Origin: Candidatus Woesearchaeota archaeon
Lineage (GTDB): Archaea; Nanobdellota; Nanobdellia; Pacearchaeales; GW2011-AR1
Length of the DNA: 58,967 nucleotides
Assembly (NCBI GenBank): GCA_964574775.1
Contig: CAZNOS010000001.1
Coordinates: forward strand, 1-58,967
Reading direction: 5' to 3'
The notes under the pieces were generated by a model. It did not search any database and was not told the origin of the DNA. It saw only the letters and a list, made by a program, of their open reading frames with translations. The translations under genes and the position numbers were made by a program. Below, piece after piece: positions 26,454-36,646 of this stretch (positions are counted from its first letter, which is position 1; every line of letters starts with the position of its first letter).

Positions 26454-27731
26454 TTATCCATATACAAACCACAAAAAGGCACAAGCTACTAAAACAGCAA
26501 CTAAAGTAAACGCCAAACCGATTCTAACAAATTCCATAAACTTAACATTATATCCCCTCTTTCTCATTATTCCCATCGCAACAATATTTGCACTTGCACC
26601 AATCGGAGTCACGTTTCCACCGACGCTCGCACCGATTAATAATCCGAAATAAAACAAATAAGGACTTGCGCCCAAACTATCTGTGACAATCTTTACAACT
26701 GGGAGCATAGCTAATAAATATGGAACATTATCAACAAATGCACTTAATAAAACAGAAAACAAAACAACCACAATAAAAACAACAAGAACGTTTCCTCCGC
26801 CAACAGATAAAATAAAATCAGAAACATAATCTAATAATCCATTCGCAGAAATACTCTCAACTAGAATAAAAATTCCAGCCAAAAAAATAGCAGTATCCCA
26901 ATCCATTTTTCTAATGAAAGCCTTTATTTTTTCTTCACGTTCATAATGAAAGATATACCAAACAAAACCAACCATTCCCAAAACTAAACAAATTAAACCA
27001 TTCATATACTCTATATTTGATTCAAAAGAAGATGAGATTATTAACGACAAAACTAAAACAATAACGAAAATACTCGGAATTAGTGTCTTAGGATATTCTT
27101 TTTCTAATTTCGGCATTAATTTCCTTTCTTTCCTAAATACAAAATACAAAACAACTAATGAAGCAAAAAATGCCAGCTGCACGGCAAAAAAGATACTTGG
27201 CTTACCATCAACAAAAAAGAAATCATTAAAATTCATACCCGCAAACCCCGCTAAAAGCATACTTGGTGGATCCCCAATCAAAGTTGCTGCTCCTTGCAAA
27301 TTGGAGACTAACGCAATTCCAATAAACAGTGGAACTGGATTAATTTTACACTTCGTAGCTACGCTAAGCGCTATAGGGGCCATCAATAAAACAACTGCAA
27401 CATTTTCTAGAAAAATAGAAAGTATGCCCGTAACTGCACAAATAATTAACATTGCTCCCCAAACTTTTTTAGCACGAGAAGAAAATATCTCTGCCAAAAA
27501 ATCTGGCATCTTAGAATATAAAAACAATTCACTAATAAACAACATTCCAATATATAAAAACATAACATTAAGATTAATCGATGCAAGCGCCTGCTGCCCA
27601 CTTAAAACTCCAAACAATAAAATAACGACAACGGCTGCCCAAACAATAATAGATTTTTTATTATAAAATAAGATAACTAATAAATAAGTTACAACAAAAA
27701 CCAATAATGCAATCACCTGGACACTTAGCAT
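26454..27731 (-). CDS. ArsB/NhaD-superfamily (citrate transporter-like) permease
   Basis: About 10-12 TM helices. LIGDPPSMLLAGFAGMNFNDFF and GGNVTPIGASANIVAMGI resemble ArsB/NhaD/YbiR-type anion permeases. Confidence 0.7.
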   Translation of the reverse strand: MLSVQVIALLVFVVTYLLVILFYNKKSIIVWAAVVVILLFGVLSGQQALASINLNVMFLYIGMLFISELFLYSKMPDFLAEIFSSRAKKVWGAMLIICAVTGILSIFLENVAVVLLMAPIALSVATKCKINPVPLFIGIALVSNLQGAATLIGDPPSMLLAGFAGMNFNDFFFVDGKPSIFFAVQLAFFASLVVLYFVFRKERKLMPKLEKEYPKTLIPSIFVIVLVLSLIISSSFESNIEYMNGLICLVLGMVGFVWYIFHYEREEKIKAFIRKMDWDTAIFLAGIFILVESISANGLLDYVSDFILSVGGGNVLVVFIVVVLFSVLLSAFVDNVPYLLAMLPVVKIVTDSLGASPYLFYFGLLIGASVGGNVTPIGASANIVAMGIMRKRGYNVKFMEFVRIGLAFTLVAVLVACAFLWFVYG

Positions 27732-27765
27732 ATTTTAATTAACTAAAAACTATTTATAAATATAA

Positions 27766-28446
27766 CTAGAATGGAAATTCTTCTCCACTCAAAATTTCCG
27801 TAGCAACGACAACACAAGAAACTGGTATTACAGCATGTTCATTGGGCCAATAGAAATTATCCCACCAATGATCTGGAAAAGATTTCACAAGCCCTCTAAT
27901 TGCTCTATTTCTTGCCTTGCCCTCCAAAGAAGCAAGCTGTGCCAAATAATTGTATCGTGATTCTGTGTTCACTTTGGCGGCAGAAGACCAATCACATGAA
28001 GAGCCAGAGAAACTCCTTTTGGCAAGTGAGCCTATCAAACCATCTAAAAAATTTTCCTTGTTACGCACATACACCTCAATATCTTGACTCGAGTCTGCCT
28101 CGCTCAAATCGGCTCTACGCTCATATTGAGAACCCGCAATATCGTAAAGTCTTTGTCTTACATTCAAAAGAAAATTATAAACAGGATCGGATTTTACGTC
28201 TACCCTTAATGCTTCACGAGAATCATCTGCAATATTTTCCAAAACCCTAAACTCGAGAGGAAGTTCTCCATTCTTTTTGAGTTCATCATACTTATTATAA
28301 CCCGCTAGAGATTCTTCTCTTCGAACTTCTCTAAAAGTCTTTGTAGTTAAAGGCACAAGAGAATGAATATAGTTTACCTTATCTCTTTGAAACATTCTCC
28401 TAAGTGCAGCTTTTCTTTCGTCACTCATAATTCTTGGTTTATCCAT
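27766..28446 (-). CDS. Hypothetical Arg/Asp/Glu-rich protein (226 aa)
   Basis: Start set at MDKPRIMSDERK, with TTTATATA about 21 nt upstream. Composition is atypical for this genome. Confidence 0.6.
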   Translation of the reverse strand: MDKPRIMSDERKAALRRMFQRDKVNYIHSLVPLTTKTFREVRREESLAGYNKYDELKKNGELPLEFRVLENIADDSREALRVDVKSDPVYNFLLNVRQRLYDIAGSQYERRADLSEADSSQDIEVYVRNKENFLDGLIGSLAKRSFSGSSCDWSSAAKVNTESRYNYLAQLASLEGKARNRAIRGLVKSFPDHWWDNFYWPNEHAVIPVSCVVVATEILSGEEFPF

Positions 28447-28610
28447 AAAACAAAACTTCAACGAAGATATATAAACATTATTATGATAAAGTTCCAACTA
28501 GCCTAATTTAAACCACTATTTCTAATCGAAACCCATTAAAGTTGCAACTAGTTAAAATAACGCACAAAGAATTATTCTGTGCTGTAGCAAAAACTAAATC
28601 AGCTAAATGC

Positions 28611-28850
28611 TTACTTCAAATTTGACGGAGATATAAACACAATCGTGTCGCCCCTCAAGAAAGCCAAGCCATAACTCTTTACCATCTGGCCGTTGTCCAT
28701 CTCTTTTGCATTATCAATTACCACATTGATGTGGATATCAAATGCTAACAGAGTACCAACAAGTTGCTTGCCGCTCTTAAGCTGCACTATTATCTCCTTC
28801 CCCTTAGAACTATTTAACAAGTCCAAAGGTCTCTCGATTCCGTTAACCAT
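28611..28850 (-). CDS. Sm-like archaeal protein (SmAP/LSm)
   Basis: RPLDLLNSSKGKEIIVQLKSGKQLVGTLLAFDIHINVVIDNA...FLRGDTIVFISP contains the Sm1 and Sm2 motifs. Confidence 0.9.
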   Translation of the reverse strand: MVNGIERPLDLLNSSKGKEIIVQLKSGKQLVGTLLAFDIHINVVIDNAKEMDNGQMVKSYGLAFLRGDTIVFISPSNLK

Positions 28851-28917
28851 AATCTCAAGGATTATTTTACATTTTTAAACATATGTATAATCCAGAATAA
28901 AAAACAAAATCATCAAT

Positions 28918-28935
28918 CCCCAAAACCTTTATAAA
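28918..28935 (+). promoter_or_regulatory. BRE/TATA-like promoter of rps8e (ccccaaaacc-TTTATAAA)
   Basis: TATA ends 21 nt upstream of the ATG at 28957. The same consensus precedes rpl44e, tfb, srp54 and fen. Confidence 0.5.
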
Positions 28936-28956
28936 GCAATTTTTCTCAATCAATTC

Positions 28957-29313
28957 ATGGCAGGAAGAAAAATATCAGGCGGAAAATATCACAAGCAATG
29001 CAAGAAACAAAAACATGCAATGCGTGGACATGTTAGAATTGTAAAGCTTGGTGATAAAAAAACAAAAATAATGAGGGGAATGGGCGGAACATTAAAGACA
29101 GTTTCACTTTCACAAAACACAATCAATGTAATTAAGAACGGAAAATGCAAAACAGTAAAAATAAAGAACGTTCTTGAAACACCATCTAATCGTTTCTTAG
29201 CTAGACAAAACGTGTTGGTTAAAAGCGCCATCGTAGACACTGATTTGGGAAAAGTAAGAATCACAAACAGACCCTCACAAGAAGGAATAGTACAAGGCGT
29301 TTTGGTCGAATAA
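28957..29313 (+). CDS. rps8e: 30S ribosomal protein S8e (eS8)
   Basis: MAGRKISGGKYHKQCKKQKHAM...NRFLARQNVLVKSAIVDTDLGKVRITNRPSQEGIVQGVLV. Confidence 0.9.
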   Translation: MAGRKISGGKYHKQCKKQKHAMRGHVRIVKLGDKKTKIMRGMGGTLKTVSLSQNTINVIKNGKCKTVKIKNVLETPSNRFLARQNVLVKSAIVDTDLGKVRITNRPSQEGIVQGVLVE

Positions 29314-29321
29314 AAATTTTC

Positions 29322-29663
29322 TTAAAAAATTATCGCACAAATTAATCCAATTACTCCTAAAATAAATCCAATTAGTGCACCCATCGTCGGAGTTTGCCCA
29401 AATATTGTAAAAATGATTAATGGTTCTACAATTAAAAGAGTTGTTAATGAAACAACCGTAATAATCCAAAGATTCTGAAATCCTTTATATCCATAATAAT
29501 AACCCAAAAACAAAAACAAACCACTAATAGTTATTAATAAAATCATCCTCCAAAAACCAGAAGAAAACATTTGATATTTTGTCCCGAAAGTTTCAGCTAA
29601 TACTGCGAAAAGCTCTCCTAGAAAAACCAATAATACCCCTGCAATTTTAAATCCCAAATTCAT
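29322..29663 (-). CDS. Small 4-TM membrane protein (SMR/DMT half-transporter-like)
   Basis: 113 aa with four hydrophobic helices. ATGA-type overlap with the upstream paralogous-type gene. Confidence 0.55.
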   Translation of the reverse strand: MNLGFKIAGVLLVFLGELFAVLAETFGTKYQMFSSGFWRMILLITISGLFLFLGYYYGYKGFQNLWIITVVSLTTLLIVEPLIIFTIFGQTPTMGALIGFILGVIGLICAIIF

Positions 29664-29986
29664 TTTTCAGCCAACTCCAACATTATTATTGCTATTATTC
29701 CTAAGGTAATTCCTGCAATTTCATATATTCCTAACTTTTCCTTAAAATAAAAATAACTGAACAATAAAAGTGTAATAATATTTATTAAAATAAAAATAAC
29801 AGAAGCAACTGCTATATTTTTATATTTAAAACTAAAAGCTAGAAAATTTAATCCGATAATATAAAAAAACATTCCAATAATATATATCCAAAAAAAATTA
29901 GAAACAACCCACTTTTTCATAAACAGATCACCTATGGTTAAAACCACTCCCCCAATTGCTAAAAGTCCCAATGCCAACCAATTCAT
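29660..29986 (-). CDS. Small 4-TM membrane protein (SMR/DMT half-transporter-like)
   Basis: Start set at MNWLALGLLAIGGVVLTIGDLFMKKW. 108 aa with four helices. Paired with 29322..29663. Confidence 0.55.
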   Translation of the reverse strand: MNWLALGLLAIGGVVLTIGDLFMKKWVVSNFFWIYIIGMFFYIIGLNFLAFSFKYKNIAVASVIFILINIITLLLFSYFYFKEKLGIYEIAGITLGIIAIIMLELAEK

Positions 29987-30093
29987 AATTTCCAAAACAA
30001 AGGATATTATATAAATCTTCTCAATTCTTCTCCTCGACAAAAACCGAAAGCTTTAAAAAGCCAAACCATTTAAAAACCTTACGATAGTCTAAG

Positions 30094-31056
30094 ATGGTTC
30101 AAGCAAAAAAATGTCCCGAATGTGGTAGTTCTCATTTAATATATGATGAAGCAAGAAGCGAAGTAATTTGCGGAGATTGTGGTCTTTTAGTAGAAGAAAA
30201 GATGGTTGATACAACTCACGAACTTCGTGCTTTTGATAAATCTGAAAAAAAATCCAGAGGTGGCGCACCAATTTCTATGCAAAAATTCGATAAGGGTTTA
30301 ACAACTAACGTTGGTGAAATCTCAGACATTTACAAATTAGATTCCGCAAACCAAACAAGAAAATACTTAAGATTAAAAAAATGGCAAGAAAGAGTTTCTA
30401 CCTCAATTGAAAGAAATTTAAGACTAGCAATGGCTGAGTTAAGAAGAGTCGCATCTTTCTTAGAATTGCCGTCGGTAGTTAAAGAAGAAGCTGCTAGAGT
30501 TTACAATTATGTTTTACAAAGAGGATTAGTAAGAGGGCGTTCAATGGAATCTGTAATTGCAGCTTGCATTTATGCAGCCTGTCGTTCTTATAATATCCCA
30601 AGAACTCTAGACGAAATTTCAATTGCATCAGAAGTAGAAAGAAAAGAAATTGGTAGAACTTACAGATTTATCATCAGAAGAATCGGAATCAAAGTAACTC
30701 CCTCTTCTCCAAAAGATTATATTTCCAGATTTGGCTCCACATTACATCTTTCTCCAAAATCACAAAACGGTGCACTAGAAATATTAAACAAAGCAGAAAT
30801 ATCCGAATTAACATCTGGGAGAGGCCCTGCGGGAATTGCTGCAGCCGCACTATATGTTTCCGCACTACTTAACGACGAGAAAAAGACGCAAAGAGAGGTT
30901 GCTGACGTTGCAGGAATAACAGAAGTTACAATCAGAAACCGATACAAGGAACTTTTAGACAGACTTGGATTGGAAGAAAAAATAAAACTTAAAGAGACCG
31001 AAAAAGAAGAAGCTAAGGAAGAAGCAAGAAAAGAGAAAAAGAAAAAACAACAATAA
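30094..31056 (+). CDS. tfb: Transcription initiation factor IIB (TFB)
   Basis: Zn-ribbon CPECGSSHLIYDEARSEVICGDCG followed by two cyclin-fold repeats (IAACIYAACR..., AAAALYVSALL...). K/E-rich tail. Confidence 0.95.
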   Translation: MVQAKKCPECGSSHLIYDEARSEVICGDCGLLVEEKMVDTTHELRAFDKSEKKSRGGAPISMQKFDKGLTTNVGEISDIYKLDSANQTRKYLRLKKWQERVSTSIERNLRLAMAELRRVASFLELPSVVKEEAARVYNYVLQRGLVRGRSMESVIAACIYAACRSYNIPRTLDEISIASEVERKEIGRTYRFIIRRIGIKVTPSSPKDYISRFGSTLHLSPKSQNGALEILNKAEISELTSGRGPAGIAAAALYVSALLNDEKKTQREVADVAGITEVTIRNRYKELLDRLGLEEKIKLKETEKEEAKEEARKEKKKKQQ

Positions 31057-31125
31057 TTTTAAATTTTAAAAATAATAATCCTCAATCTCATTCTAAAAAT
31101 ATCTTAATTACTTTAAAAAAGCAAA

Positions 31126-31208
31126 TGGGGAGAAGAGGATTTGAACCCCTGAAGGCGTAAGCCACTAGAGCCTAAATCTAGCCCGTTAGACCACTCCGGC
31201 ATCTCCCC
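31126..31208 (-). tRNA. tRNA-Leu (TAG), class II with long variable arm
   Basis: Manual fold of the minus strand: GGGGAGA TG CCG GAGTGGTCTAA CGG G CTAGA TTTAGGC TCTAG TGGCTTACGCCTTC AGGGG TTCAAAT CCTCT TCTCCCC A. Confidence 0.88.
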
Positions 31209-31363
31209 ACTGTTTGCTATGTCTCAATATTCCGGACATTGAAAATCTATCAATGCTTTTCCGACATCTCTACACAATAAATTCCAATAAATCATACTTA
31301 TAAAACTAACGGAGTGGATAAAAGCTTAACTAGATAAAACACTTAGAGAAAAATTAAAAATAA

Positions 31364-34300
31364 TTATTTATCTGAGACAAAAGTATATCCTTTTTCAGAT
31401 AACTTGGTAGAAGCAGAACCTACTGGAATAGTTTGAGTTGCAGTTTGTCCACTTTGTTTAATAGTTATTACGACGCCACCGCTAGCTGTAGTAGAACTAA
31501 CCACGGAATATTTAACACCATCCTTCTCTAAAATATTTCCAGAAACCAAATCTCCCAGGGTTTTATCAGTAGTAGTCGTTGCAGTTGTCACCGGTGTTTC
31601 AGTACTGGTCGACGGCATATTCACCGCCGAAAGCAAAGTTCCTTTACCATTCTTTAATCTTACAATCGTTTCATATAATTTATATCTCAAATAAACTCCC
31701 TTAGCCTGATAAACATTTGAAAACCCTCTATCCTGCAATGTTGTAATATTACTCAATATAGGAAGATGTGCACCAGCTTTAACACCATCATTTGTTAATG
31801 CATGAATATCATTATTAATTTTAACCGCTAATTCCTGACTTGCGTCCTCTGTCAATGTGCCACTAGCACCATTTAAAATTTCCAAAGAATTTTCAGCCTG
31901 ATTCATATCCTCCGAAATATTCCATATTTGAGACGTTGCAGCCGACACAGACTCTGTGTCCAACCAGCAAACCATATTTGCATCTCCACAAGTCCCAACA
32001 CTTTTCCATCTGGAAGATTTCGATGTGCCATCTCCTGGATTTACAGTCGAACAAATTCTAACAATTCCTTGTAAATCAATTCTCGGATCAACAACGTTTT
32101 CTACCGCAGCCTGTGGATTAATAGAAGTAAATCCAATAACAGAAGAACTTCCCTGTTGACATTCTTTCTCGGTAGTAATTTGAGTTTGACTCACCTGAGA
32201 TTGAACATATGAATTAGTCAAAGCATTAACTGCAAAATCAGTTGTAACCTTTCCAAAGCCACACTCTTCCTGTCCATTTATCGACACACAAAGCTCCTTA
32301 TATCCTTCTGGCGCAGTAAAATCTTTCGAAACCTGCTTCTGTTGTCCTTTAGTAACGTAACCCGTTTCTACATTAATATACGGAATTCCAGTATAATAAC
32401 TCGAATCTGGTGGATTCTTTAAGTAAATAGAATAACTAACTCCTGTATCATTTCCAGCGTAAATATGTGCGAATACTTTATATTGTGACGTTGGAGGAAC
32501 TGTTGCATCTGTATGTGGTATTTCCTGAAACTCTGCATAAAATTGATATGGGGACTCAGGCGCAAGCAAGGAATCTAATGCCTCTGCCGACGTAGGGAAT
32601 GAAGTTCCAACAAACGAATTACAAACTTCCGTTCCAAATTGTTGCGTATTGCCAAACTTAAATTGAGTAAATGAATTTGCGCCATAAGTATTTTTGAAAT
32701 AATCTAAACTTGCCTCCATATTATTCCAAGATTTTTGGAAAGTCATATATTCTCCACCACCAGCCTTTTGTGTTCCGGTCACGAGCGAAAATATATTTGG
32801 CAAGAAATTACTAATCGCCGGCTGAATTTGATTCCAAAATAAATTACATTTGTAAACCGCTGTCATATAATCACACATACCAATATACTCACCATTATCT
32901 GCATTTGCCTGTAAACAGTCTCTCTGGGCTTTTAATATCGACAAATACGCATCTAATCCCGCATGTACCCCTGTTAAACAAACTGGGATATAAACATCTC
33001 CGCCAAATAATTTGAAATTCGGTAAACACAAAACTAAACTTCCAATAACTCCCGATTGAATAACATTTGAAACGGGATATTTACCGCCCAAATCACATCT
33101 CGAAGTTGGGCACATAACTGGATCACAAACATTAAACATTAACGCGCAATCTTCTGGCGACATGAAATCCTGACACTCTTCAATCGGACCACCCTCTCCC
33201 GTCGGAGTTCCTCTTTCTGCTTCAATATCTGCTCTGCCAGAAATCTTAATTATAATTTTCCCCTTCGAAGAATATTGTCTTCCCGCCTGTCTCAAAGCCT
33301 CTTGCGCATCTAAAATTAATCTCGTTCTTTCGTTAGATGACATTTTACAGCCCGCAACACTCACCAGATTTGTCGTTTCACCTACTGAATTCACATTAAT
33401 AGTTGTACATGCATCATCTGGAGTTTGCCTACCATCCTGTCCAACATTGCATACAGAGAATGTATTAACACTTCCAGAATCAGAATATCCTTTCGATTCA
33501 GACGACAGCAATCCACCCTGCGATGCAGAAACTTTCACATACCAACCCAAATCAGCATCGAAAGGAGTTGCTGCAGCAAGTCCCTTTGCACTTCCACTAT
33601 CGTAATAATTAACAGTTGGATTCAAATTTTTATTTTTACAATTTCCAGACGAAACAAAACGCGCGTTGGATAAAGTTTTTTTAATATCGCCATCAGCTAA
33701 TTCTATCCAGGAATTCGTATTTCTTTCATAAACAGAACTAACGCTTCTTTGTCCAGAATTTTCTTCACTTAAAATCAAAAGATAATTTATTGTATTATAT
33801 CTAGTTAAATAAACAGCAGTTCCAGTCGCAACATTAGCAACAGAACCAACGCCAGAATCACCGACCTTATCTCCGCCCCAAACCAACTCTTTTGTTTCCT
33901 TGTTCTCCCATAGATTAACATTGGCACCGCCAGAAGTTGTACCAGACTGAGATTGAGCATTTGCCGCATTCACTATTGGTATCAGAGCCGCATCTCTATC
34001 AACCTTAATTTTATTTATTAATTTAGACGAAGCGCCACTAGATTTAATATTTTCATACAATAAATAAGCCCTTACTGACTCCCAACTATTCAACGAAGAA
34101 ATCGGCAACGTCGCAGTTGTCGTCGACATATTTATATCAGTTATAGTTCCACCACCCAAACTCGCAACAAATTTCGTAATATTTTTTTCCGTTCCAATCT
34201 TGTCATTCACCGCCTTTACTGCATTTGTATAGGCATCTACATCTTTGCTGATATTTGCACCCATTCTGTTATAGCAAACATCCCTAGTCTCCTTAACGCC

Positions 34301-36646
34301 AAAAACAGTAGTCTCCGCATTTGAATCGCAATAACTTCTCCATACGTCCATAACTTCTTGTCTAGCAAGAGATTCTCCAGAATAACCCGCTAATAAATTC
34401 TTTACATTCAATGCGAGATTTGTAATATAGCAAACTCCCTTTAATCCCTTTATCACTTCAGCTAAATTAGCCAACTTCTTTTCCATTTTAGCAATAGTTT
34501 TATTTAACTCTGCAGCTTTTTCTGAAGACTTATTTGGATTTAATTTTATAGTCCTTTGTTCAATTCCAATCTTATAACTAAAATTAGATGCAGTAGTTGT
34601 CTTTTGAGTATTTGTAATTAATTCCACTTTAACGACAGTTGGAACTTCAATATCATCAACCTCTAATTTATAGGGCTTAGTATTTATCGTCTCTTCCTTA
34701 ATTTCGTCTAGTCTGATAGTAGAAGGTCTCTGTCTAACCCAACCATTAATGTTATTAGTATTCGTATAAACAAAAATACTAACCTCCACACGACTAGAAT
34801 ATATTTTATCAACAACGAGCTTTTCCGAATCCTTCTGTAGTTCTATTTCTTGCCCCTCGCCAAAAACACCCCTATATTTTTCATCAACATAAAATCCTGC
34901 TTTTTTAGACTCTCTATCTGCCGCCCTAAACTTTCTCAATGTTATGGAATATGTTTTTCCATTTATCTCAAAATTTTTCATTGTATTTGAAGTGTCATAA
35001 TTTTTTTCCGAAGACAATTGTGCCTGTATCAATGAAGCGTAATCCGAATCTGGAAAATTATCTACAAAACTTTGCATCAATAATATTTTTACGGCGCTCT
35101 CGGTAACAAGATTAATTTGTTCGAGAGATGCAAGCTCGCTAAATCTATTCAAATCTCCACGAACCTCTTTATAATCAGCCAATAACTCATCAACTGCCTC
35201 GTCGGCATTGTCTAAATCACTAACAACCGCTGCATTAACTTCATTGGATTCGCTAGCACTATCTTTTCCAACCAAACTATTAAGTTTAATTTCTCCAAGA
35301 TTAGAATTAATCGGGGAATCTTTCTCATTTAAAATAATCATACTTTCACCAAGCTTAAATCCAGAAAGAGAAATATCTTTAATTTTTACAATACTATTGT
35401 CACCCATCCCAATAGCAGTTTCATCAATATTAGAAATCTTTTTCGCCAACTCAGAATATACAGTCGACTTCATTTCTTTTTCAGAACCAAGTAAAACAAC
35501 CAAACTTTCTTTACTCCCCTCTTTTCCAACATAACCAGAATAAGCCAACTTCCAAGTCAATGATTTTCCAGGAGTAATATTTCCAACGAAAACCCTCTCG
35601 CTAATATTATATAATTTAGAAGCAAAGCCCACAGAAATATTCGCAGGATATCCCCCAACGACACTTAATTCAATTTTCCCCGCACCCTGACAACTCAAGG
35701 TTACTTTTCCAGAGCTATCTGTGTATAAATTCACATCAGAAACAGTGCATCTACCGTCAAGAATTTTCGAATCCTTTCTAACCCAAATTTCACTACCATC
35801 AACGTTTAACAATGCACTATCTTCAGTAGAAGTCATTTGTGAAAGCTTTAATTTAAAACTTGCCTTACAATAATATCCTGGAAAATAAACAGTTGGACTA
35901 GTCTCGCCCTCTTTTAATATATGCTCGTCAATTAACTCACCATTCTGAGAATAAACACCAATCCTAGCTTGCGTAGAGTCAACATCTAACAAACGCAAAT
36001 AACCCTTACCATTCCAAAAGGTTGCCATTCCCATCTGAGAATCAGCGCCAGAAAAATCACTTCCCTCTAAATAAAGCACCGCATCTCCGACGCCATAAGC
36101 AGATTCTGCATCAAAACTAATTCTAGCAGTCAAATTACCGCTAATATATTTAGACATATTATTTTCATTTGGATTTCTTTTTAAGATAATTACAACATAA
36201 CCAACATTATTGTATAACGGATCTCCCAATAAAGTATTATAACTTCTAAGTCCCGCTCTTGCCGGATAAAAACTAACTCCAGAAACCTCGCTAGGCATTT
36301 TTCCACTAAAACTAACTGTTTTAATCGCAGAAATTTTAATCAATGGATTTACTCTTACAGAAGACAATTTACAAAAAACTGGAACATTTTTTTCAGCAAG
36401 CAAGTCACTTCTAACTGCCATAGGTTCACATCCTCCTGGTGGAATCATTAAAACTATATCTGTAGACTCGGCGCAATTACTTTCATCAAATGCGGTTTCT
36501 AATCCAGACCAATATGTGGAAGCAGAAGAGCCATAAATACTATTTACAGAAGGATTTGAATACTGAACACCATTTACGGAATTATAAAATTGCGCAGACG
36601 CAAAACCAATAAAAAATAAAATAAAAATGAATAAAACTTTTTTCAT
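31364..36646 (-). CDS. Giant (1760 aa) secreted protein of unknown function
   Basis: Signal peptide MKKVLFIFILFFIGFASAQ. Cys-dense block (ECQDFMSPEDCALMFNVCDPVMCPTSRCDLGG...) and Thr-rich linker STSTETPVTTATTTTDK. No C-terminal anchor. ATGA overlap with the upstream gene. Confidence 0.8.
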   Translation of the reverse strand: MKKVLFIFILFFIGFASAQFYNSVNGVQYSNPSVNSIYGSSASTYWSGLETAFDESNCAESTDIVLMIPPGGCEPMAVRSDLLAEKNVPVFCKLSSVRVNPLIKISAIKTVSFSGKMPSEVSGVSFYPARAGLRSYNTLLGDPLYNNVGYVVIILKRNPNENNMSKYISGNLTARISFDAESAYGVGDAVLYLEGSDFSGADSQMGMATFWNGKGYLRLLDVDSTQARIGVYSQNGELIDEHILKEGETSPTVYFPGYYCKASFKLKLSQMTSTEDSALLNVDGSEIWVRKDSKILDGRCTVSDVNLYTDSSGKVTLSCQGAGKIELSVVGGYPANISVGFASKLYNISERVFVGNITPGKSLTWKLAYSGYVGKEGSKESLVVLLGSEKEMKSTVYSELAKKISNIDETAIGMGDNSIVKIKDISLSGFKLGESMIILNEKDSPINSNLGEIKLNSLVGKDSASESNEVNAAVVSDLDNADEAVDELLADYKEVRGDLNRFSELASLEQINLVTESAVKILLMQSFVDNFPDSDYASLIQAQLSSEKNYDTSNTMKNFEINGKTYSITLRKFRAADRESKKAGFYVDEKYRGVFGEGQEIELQKDSEKLVVDKIYSSRVEVSIFVYTNTNNINGWVRQRPSTIRLDEIKEETINTKPYKLEVDDIEVPTVVKVELITNTQKTTTASNFSYKIGIEQRTIKLNPNKSSEKAAELNKTIAKMEKKLANLAEVIKGLKGVCYITNLALNVKNLLAGYSGESLARQEVMDVWRSYCDSNAETTVFGVKETRDVCYNRMGANISKDVDAYTNAVKAVNDKIGTEKNITKFVASLGGGTITDINMSTTTATLPISSLNSWESVRAYLLYENIKSSGASSKLINKIKVDRDAALIPIVNAANAQSQSGTTSGGANVNLWENKETKELVWGGDKVGDSGVGSVANVATGTAVYLTRYNTINYLLILSEENSGQRSVSSVYERNTNSWIELADGDIKKTLSNARFVSSGNCKNKNLNPTVNYYDSGSAKGLAAATPFDADLGWYVKVSASQGGLLSSESKGYSDSGSVNTFSVCNVGQDGRQTPDDACTTINVNSVGETTNLVSVAGCKMSSNERTRLILDAQEALRQAGRQYSSKGKIIIKISGRADIEAERGTPTGEGGPIEECQDFMSPEDCALMFNVCDPVMCPTSRCDLGGKYPVSNVIQSGVIGSLVLCLPNFKLFGGDVYIPVCLTGVHAGLDAYLSILKAQRDCLQANADNGEYIGMCDYMTAVYKCNLFWNQIQPAISNFLPNIFSLVTGTQKAGGGEYMTFQKSWNNMEASLDYFKNTYGANSFTQFKFGNTQQFGTEVCNSFVGTSFPTSAEALDSLLAPESPYQFYAEFQEIPHTDATVPPTSQYKVFAHIYAGNDTGVSYSIYLKNPPDSSYYTGIPYINVETGYVTKGQQKQVSKDFTAPEGYKELCVSINGQEECGFGKVTTDFAVNALTNSYVQSQVSQTQITTEKECQQGSSSVIGFTSINPQAAVENVVDPRIDLQGIVRICSTVNPGDGTSKSSRWKSVGTCGDANMVCWLDTESVSAATSQIWNISEDMNQAENSLEILNGASGTLTEDASQELAVKINNDIHALTNDGVKAGAHLPILSNITTLQDRGFSNVYQAKGVYLRYKLYETIVRLKNGKGTLLSAVNMPSTSTETPVTTATTTTDKTLGDLVSGNILEKDGVKYSVVSSTTASGGVVITIKQSGQTATQTIPVGSASTKLSEKGYTFVSDK

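Noticed and set aside
26440-26652. 70-aa plus-strand ORF overlapping the 3' end of the permease gene.
   Set aside because: It is antisense to a well-supported 425-aa transporter ORF. It begins in the duplicated rnz tail by chance.
27732-28540. Degenerate AT-rich similarity (…taattaactaaaaactatttataaat… versus …taatttaaaccactatttctaat…) flanking the 226-aa Arg-rich ORF, as a possible target duplication.
   Set aside because: Only a 7-nt exact core is shared. The rest is low-complexity, promoter-like AT sequence, so the match is not significant by eye.
31260-31273. Possible ghost of the tRNA-Leu 5' end (tccgacatctctac versus tccggcatctcccc, 11/14). A similar weak tRNA-Arg-like string lies at 25066-25075.
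   Set aside because: The match is too short and mismatched to separate from chance. It is mentioned only because three other tRNA loci show stronger ghosts.
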